Source: Eledone cirrhosa | Lineage: Eukaryota | Assembly: GCA_964016885.1 (NCBI GenBank) | Contig: OZ024766.1 | Location: forward strand, 17,236,001 to 17,300,000 | DNA: 64,000 nucleotides | Reading direction: 5' to 3' | Part shown: one piece after another, positions 57,201-64,000 of the stretch | Layout of the letters: every line of letters starts with the position of its first letter | How positions within the stretch are numbered: the stretch's first letter is position 1 | Position numbers and translations under genes: made by a program | The notes under the pieces: generated by a model | The model's input: the letters and a program-made list of their open reading frames with translations, nothing else | Databases searched by the model: none | Told to the model about the DNA's origin: nothing

Positions 57201-57252
57201 GGACCGAGACCTTTGGCGGTACTCAGTAATAGAGAAGACCCGCCTTACCTAA
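54232..57252 (+). CDS. RTE-clade LINE copy 2: open 1006-aa APE endonuclease-reverse transcriptase ORF
   Basis: APE motifs (NVGTL, IQETR, SAYAP, GDLNGH, VDYIL, SQH), RT motifs (NYRGI, QFGF, DLEKAFD, QGSVLSP, YADD, YLG) and the RTE C-terminus RRLRWYG..GRPRKTW. Confidence 0.95.
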   Translation: MNVGTLKGRSNEVVEMLERKEVDVCCIQETRWRGGSARFIVGKERCYKLFWVGNDNGLGGVGIMVAEKWADKIIDVNRVNDRIIKIRLVLNKTTVTVISAYAPQSGLPGAIKDRFYETLMLATSQITDSDYIVIAGDLNGHVGQHCDGYDGIHGGYGFGTRNEEGSRILEFCDANNLTICNTNLKKRDNHLISYRSGEHTSQVDYILTRRRDRVSVVNTKSHPHEEFTSQHRLIISDLIVRTRRTRQRKRTILRRKIWKLKDPIARNKFQSILLDAFDSKEEQLESYNIEEQWEFLRANLLTAADEVCGWSRPVGRRRVTWWWNSKVEESIKAKKQAWKVWRDGGSREDYQVARREARRQVYFARREAEERKFKHVLQREDQKREVFRIARQCVKENRDIVGEKCVLNDDGILAITDADKKVAWKCHYERLLNEENKWEKDSLPQINPIEGPAVLVDGSIISKAIKDMKTGKAAGPSEIVAEMLKASGLVGHTMVTRIVNQVVQNGVVPKEWRSSIIVNCYKGKGDALDRSNYRGIKLIDQVMKVTEKVIAQLIRERIDLDEMQFGFVSGKSTTDALFIVRQLQEKYLAKSKPLYLAFVDLEKAFDRVPRSIIWWSLRKLGVDEWLVRAIQAMYKETVSKVRINNEYSEEFSVKVGVHQGSVLSPLLFIIALQAITEEFKTGCPWELLYADDLTLIAESMTELEKKFQTWKHGLESKGLKINLAKTKVLVCRKENKAAVPSGKWPCSVCRKGVGRNSILCPKCKVWVHKRCSGITGKLTKNIDFTCGRCSGAISSSKCPRNTSSFNCAEGSIEIVDSFRYLGDKISSGGGCSESTVARVRTGWKKFRELIPLLAARGFSLKMKGRLYDACIRTAMLHGSETWALCAEDIRRLERNEACMLRWMCNSNIRERQSINELRKKLEIRGIRCCLLERRLRWYGLVMRMKDDSCITKCRAIKIDGSHGVGRPRKTWDELINSDLTRLHLSKTMSLDRDLWRYSVIEKTRLT

Positions 57253-57868
57253 ATACAAAGTAAAAACCTACTACAGTCAGTAGGCATCTCTATCAAAACA
57301 CACCCCCGTCCCACCACCTCCACCTCACCCACACCGCCCCTTCAATGTAAAGTTATGTTGGTCCCACAACATCCAGGCCGAAACAAATGAGATCGTGTAG
57401 GTGTCACGACAAAAAACACACAGTCCACGCTGTAAATGTGGCCGTGTAGGCAACACGGTAAAAACCTCCCAGCCCCACACTGTAAATGTGGTTGGTGTTA
57501 GGAAGGGCATCCAGCTGTAGAAAACCCGCCAGACAGTCCACGCTGTAATGTGGCCGTGTAGGCAACACGGTAAAAACCTCCCAGCCCCACACTGTAAATG
57601 TGGTTGGTGTTAGGAAGGGCATCCAGCTGTAGAAAACCCGCCAGACAGTCCACGCTGTAATGTGGCCGTGTAGGCAACACGGTAAAAACCTCCCAGCCCC
57701 ACACTGTAAATGTGGTTGGTGTTAGGAAGGGCATCCAACTGTAGAAAACCCGCCAGACAGTCCTATGCGAGCAAGACAACCACTCTTGCCTCAAGTGGGA
57801 AAACCCCCGTCCAAACCCATGCAAGCGTGGAACACGGACGCTAAACCTCATGATGATGATGATGATGA

Positions 57869-57915
<47 letters not shown>

Positions 57916-57982
57916 GTCTTTTGAAAGGAAGATGAGAAAATTCTCATATCTTTGAGTATGTATATGTATGTGTGTATACATA

Positions 57983-58047
<65 letters not shown>

Positions 58048-58083
58048 CAAGCAGGGACAAGCGGATGTAAAATGATGATGATG

Positions 58084-58119
<36 letters not shown>

Positions 58120-58202
58120 TGTTATGCTTTGGGAGGTCATGTTGACAAATATAATTCAGAAACGAAATATATATACATATATATATATATATACATATAT
58201 AC

Positions 58203-58266
<64 letters not shown>

Positions 58267-58300
58267 CAAGCAGGGACAAGCGGATGTAAAATGATGATGA

Positions 58301-58353
<53 letters not shown>

Positions 58354-58535
58354 ATACAATAACAGAGATAGTTTAAAGCTAAACTCTGACTGGAAACCAT
58401 CTCACTCAACAAACATTAGGTTATATTAAAATATAAACCCAATTTAAGTGTTTGGGGTGCTAACAATATGTATTATGTGGAAAAACCAGTTGTATTATTT
58501 CATGAGATATAATTAAAGTTAAAGTATATAAAATT

Positions 58536-58583
<48 letters not shown>

Positions 58584-58617
58584 CAAGCAGGGACAAGCGG
58601 ATGTAAAATGATGATGA

Positions 58618-58685
<68 letters not shown>

Positions 58686-58861
58686 ATATACTTTAACTTT
58701 AATTATATCTCATAAATCAATACAACTGGTTTTTCCACATAATACATATTGTTAGCACCCCAAACACTTAAATTGGGTTTATATTTTAATATAACCTAAT
58801 GTTTGTTGAGTGAGATGGTTTCCAGTCAGAGTTTAGCTTTAAACTATCTCTGTTATTGTAT

Positions 58862-58899
<38 letters not shown>

Positions 58900-59021
58900 T
58901 ATATGTATATATATATGTATATATATGTATATATATACATATATATATATATCATGAAACATGTCTATAGAATCACAAGATAAAATATATACTATTTCCT
59001 CTCCCAATTAGAATAATTAAC

Positions 59022-59072
<51 letters not shown>

Positions 59073-59650
59073 CGGTATAAAGTAACGTTCAAATTTTTCT
59101 CGATTCTTCTCTCCATTCGAACCCATTCATTCAATCACTTCTATGTCCTAATTTCACACTATATCATATTTTCACCATTCTATATCATATCTTTTCTCTA
59201 AAAATCATATTTTCCCTATCACCGCATTTTCTCTATCGTATTTTCTTAAACAAAACAAATCTTGTATTGTCGTTTATTGTTAAATTATGCTCAAAATACG
59301 GCGATCTTATCTTAAACCTTACATTCTCGCTAACAACCCATCATCCCTCCCTCCCGCCCCCACGCACCACCATTATTACGTGGACCAATCATAAGTCAGA
59401 GGCCCATACTATCGCTTAACTGGTTGCTTTTCGATATGATGGATGGACTACGGAATTCTGGAGAGTTGAAGAGAGAAAAATGTGGACGCTCAGCGACAAT
59501 GCCAAAGATAAAGCCAAATTCACCTCGTGGACGAGAATGCAAGCACTCCTCCTTGTTTCGGCCCAGGATGGCTAACATAACCCCCCCCCCCCCCGCGCGC
59601 CCCACCGCTCCCACCCTCCAAACGCAATCCAAAACTTCAGAGTTGGTACC

Positions 59651-62600
59651 ATGAATGTAGGCACCTTAAAGGGTCGCTCTAACGAGGTTGTAGAAATGCT
59701 TGAACGTAAGGAGGTCGATGTTTGTTGTATTCAAGAGACCAGGTGGAGGGGAGGGTCGGCTAGATTCATCGTAGGTAAAGAACGATGCTATAAGCTTTTC
59801 TGGGTGGGAAATGACAATGGGTTGGGTGGGGTAGGAATCATGGTAGCAGAAAAGTGGGCAGATAAGATAATAGACGTAAATAGAGTGAACGACAGAATAA
59901 TTAAAATAAGACTTGTCCTCAATAAAACTACGGTGACAGTAATATCTGCGTACGCACCCCAATCCGGATTGCCCGGCGCTATAAAAGACAGATTCTACGA
60001 GACACTGATGCTCGCTACCTCCCAAATAACCGACAGTGACTATATAGTTATTGCAGGCGACCTAAATGGTCACGTTGGACAACATTGTGACGGCTATGAC
60101 GGAATCCATGGAGGCTATGGGTTCGGTACTAGAAATGAGGAAGGCTCCAGAATCCTGGAATTCTGCGACGCAAATAACTTAACTATCTGTAACACTAACT
60201 TCAAAAAACGAGACAATCACTTGATCACCTATAGATCGGGGGAACACACAAGCCAGGTAGATTATATCCTTACCAGAAGACGTGACAGAGTGTCTGTTGT
60301 TAACACTAAATCCCACCCCCATGAAGAATTCACCTCCCAACATAGACTGATAATTAGGCGACCTCATAGTCAGGACGAGACGTATTAGACAGCGGAAGAG
60401 GACTATCCTCAGTAGAAAAATATGGAAGCTAAAGGACCCCATAGCCAGAAATAAATTTCAAAGCATATTACTTGACGCTTTCGACAGTAAGGAAGAGCAA
60501 TTAGAGTCGTATAATATAGAGGAACAGTGGGAATTCCTGAGAGCAAACCTGCTGACGGCGGCAGACGAAGTCTGTGGCTGGAGCAGGCCTGTAGGTAGGA
60601 GGAGAGTAACATGGTGGTGGAACAGTAAGGTGGAGGAGTCAATTAAGGCCAAAAAGCAGGCTTGGAAAGTATGGCAGGATGGGGGAAGTAGAGAAGACTA
60701 TCAAGTGGCCAGGAGGGAAGCTAGGAGACAAGTGTACTTCGCAAGAAGGGAAGCAGAGGAAAGAAAGTTCAAGCATGTTCTACAACGTGAGGACCAAAAA
60801 CGTGAGGTCTTCAGGATTGCCAGGCAATGTGTCAAGGAAAACCGTGATATTGTCGGGGAGAAGTGTGTACTTAACGATGATGGCATACTTGCCATCACCG
60901 ACGCTGATAAGAAGGTAGCTTGGAAGTGTCACTACGAAAGGCTTCTAAATGAGGAGAACAAATGGGAGAAAGACAGTCTCCCCCAGATCGATCCAATAGA
61001 GGGACCAGCAGTGTTAGTTGAAGGTAGTATAATAAGTAAGGCAATCAAAGATATGAAGACGGGTAAGGCGGCTGGGCCTTCGGAAATAGTTGCTGAGATG
61101 CTGAAGGCATCTGGTTCGGTGGGACACACCATGGTCACCCGGATAGTTAACCAAGTCGTACAGAATGGGGTTGTTCCGAAGGAATGGCGTAGCAGCATCA
61201 TCGTTAACTGCTATAAGGGAAAAGGAGATGCCCTAGATAGGAGTAACTATAGAGGCATTAAATTAATCGACCAGGTCATGAAGGTCACGGAAAAAGTAAT
61301 AGCGCAACTAATCAGAGAGAGAATTGATCTAGATGAAATGCAGTTCGGGTTTGTGTCAGGCAAAAGTACCACAGATGCTCTTTTCATTGTACGACAACTA
61401 CAGGAGAAGTACCTAGCTAAAAGTAAACCCCTATACTTAGCTTTCGTCGACTTGGAGAAAGCCTTCGACAGAGTCCCTCGTTCCATTATCTGGTGGTCTC
61501 TTAGAAAACTAGGTGTTGACGAATGGCTTGTGAGAGCTATACAAGCCATGTATAAAGAAACAGTCAGTAAGGTTAGAATTAACAACGAATATAGTGAAGA
61601 GTTTAGCGTAAAAGTTGGTGTCCATCAGGGTTCTGTTCTTAGCCCCCTACTATTTATTATTGCCCTTCAGGCTATAACAGAGGAGTTCAAGACCGGCTGC
61701 CCATGGGAACTCCTATACGCAGATGATCTAACGCTCATAGCTGAATCAATGACCGAACTAGAGAAGAAATTCCAAACATGGAAGCACGGCCTAGAATCAA
61801 AAGGCCTTAAAATTAACCTGGCTAAGACTAAAGTTCTAGTTTGTAGGAAAGAAAATAAGGCGGCGGTCCCATCTGGGAAATGGCCATGCTCAGTGTGTAG
61901 GAAAGGCGTAGGTAGAAACTCCATTTTATGTCCCAAATGCAAAGTATGGGTGCATAAAAGATGTAGTGGGATCACAGGTAAGCTAACTAAGAACATAGAT
62001 TTTACATGTGGCCGGTGCTCTGGTGCAATAAGTAGCAGCAAGTGCGCACGAAATACTAGCTCCTTCAACTGCGCAGAGGGTTCTATAGAAATAGTGGACA
62101 GCTTCCGTTATCTGGGTGACAAAATCAGCAGTGGGGGAGGGTGCTCTGAAAGTACAGTAGCTAGAGTCAGAACTGGATGGAAAAAGTTCAGAGAGCTTAT
62201 ACCACTATTAGCCGCTAGAGGGTTCTCCCTAAAAATGAAAGGCAGGTTATACGATGCCTGCATACGAACAGCAATGCTGCATGGCAGTGAGACCTGGGCA
62301 TTGTGTGCAGAGGATATACGCAGACTAGAGAGGAACGAAGCTTGCATGCTCCGCTGGATGGGCAATAGTAATATACGTGAACGGCAAAGCATAAACGAAC
62401 TAAGGAAAAAATTAGAAATAAGAGGGATCAGATGTTGTTTATTCGAGAGAAGGCTACGTTGGTACGGTCACGTGATGCGCATGAAAGACGACAGCTGTAT
62501 AACAAAGTGCAGGGCAATAAAGATAGACGGTAGCCACGGAGTAGGCAGACCCAGAAAAACATGGGACGAGCTGATAAATTCCGACCTCACACGCTTACAC

Positions 62601-62672
62601 CTCTCCAAGACAATGTCACTGGACCGAGACCTTTGGCGGTACTCAGTAATAGAGAAGACCCGCCTTACCTAA
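59651..62672 (+). pseudogene. RTE LINE copy 3 with a single +1 frameshift at ~60357
   Basis: ATAATTAGGCGAC versus ATAATTAGCGAC in copies 1 and 2; otherwise collinear with scattered substitutions. Confidence 0.9.
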
Positions 62673-63173
62673 ATACAAAGTAAAAACCTACTACAGTCAG
62701 TAGGCATCTCTATCAAAACACACCCCCGTCCCACCACCTCCACCCCACCCACACCGCCCCTTCAATGTAAAGTTATGTTGGTCCCACAACATCCAGGCCG
62801 AAACAAATGAGATCGTGTAGGTGTCACGACAAAAAACACACAGTCCACGCTGTAAATGTGGCCGTGTAGGCAACACGGTAAAAACCTCCCAGCCCCACAC
62901 TGTAAATGTGGTTGGTGTTAGGAAGGGCATCCAGCTGTAGAAAACCCGCCAGACAGTCCACGCTGTAATGTGGCCGTGTAGGCAACACGGTAAAAACCTC
63001 CCAGCCCCACACTGTAAATGTGGTTGGTGTTAGGAAGGGCATCCAACTGTAGAAAACCCGCCAGACAGTCCTATGCAAGCAAGACAACCACTCTTGCCTC
63101 AAGTGGGAAAACCCCCGTCCAAACCCATGCAAGCGTGGAAGACGGACGCTAAACCTGATGATGATGATGATGA

Positions 63174-63292
<119 letters not shown>

Positions 63293-63352
63293 GTCTTTTG
63301 AAAGGAAGATGAGAAAATTCTCATATCTTTGAGTATGTATATGTATGTGTGT

Positions 63353-63412
<60 letters not shown>

Positions 63413-63448
63413 CAAGCAGGGACAAGCGGATGTAAAATGATGATGATG

Positions 63449-63484
<36 letters not shown>

Positions 63485-63567
63485 TGTTATGCTTTGGGAG
63501 GTCATGTTGACAAATATAATTCAGAAACGAAATATATATACATATATATATATATATACATATATAC

Positions 63568-63634
<67 letters not shown>

Positions 63635-63645
<11 letters not shown>

Positions 63646-64000
63646 GTAGACAAACAAGGGTATGAGAACTTTCTCATCTTCAACAGAGCTTCACGCTTTC
63701 AAAGGAAAAGCAAGTTTCTGAAAGAAGGTGATGTTAGGGCTTGGGGTGTGGAGTGTGGGGGTGGGGGGTGTCAAATGTGCATTTGTATCATCCACATGTT
63801 GTTGTTGTTGTTGTTGTTACTGCTGCTGTAGTTGTTGTTGTTTTTATCTCTTCTTTCTTTCTTTCTTTCCCACCCCTCTCTCTCCTACTCTCTCTTCTGT
63901 CCTTTGTTTTCCCCTCCCCCTCTATTACCATATTTCATCCAAAGTCTCGGCGTCTGTCTGCTGTCTGTCTGTGTTTGTCCAATCAGGTTCCACCACATCT
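63635..64000 (+). promoter_or_regulatory. Inverted duplicate of the gene's upstream/promoter region (28415-28770)
   Basis: For example, TATTTCATCCAAAGTCTCGGCGTCTGTCTG..TGTCCAATCAGGTTCCACCACAT is the reverse complement of 28417-28484. Confidence 0.85.

Overview
Repeat-saturated animal genomic DNA, most likely an octopod cephalopod (inferred from the huge (AT)n tracts, RTE LINEs and tRNA-SINEs sharing the GGTTGGTGTTAGGAAGGGCATCCAGCTGTAGAAA tail). One host gene is visible on the minus strand as five spliced exons (28117 to 152): signal peptide, EMI-like Cys-rich region and calcium-binding EGF repeats. An inverted copy of its promoter at the right edge predicts a head-to-head paralog just outside the window. 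The main signal is a Penelope/hammerhead system. A near-identical 476-bp tandem array (29497-38235) carries a type I hammerhead ribozyme and an octamer motif in every unit and flips orientation at ~33322, which makes it a retrozyme-like fold-back insertion in an AT microsatellite. A second, 578-bp retrozyme-like element has a U3-A8 covariant core. There are several more intact or degenerate hammerheads, three Penelope-like GIY-YIG fragments (one with a lone in-frame TGA at a conserved Cys) and several short palindromes whose 3' ends point outward. The right third is a ~5.4-kb tandem triplication of an RTE LINE whose RT contains an embedded PHD finger. All calls were made by eye; no searches or folding programs were run.
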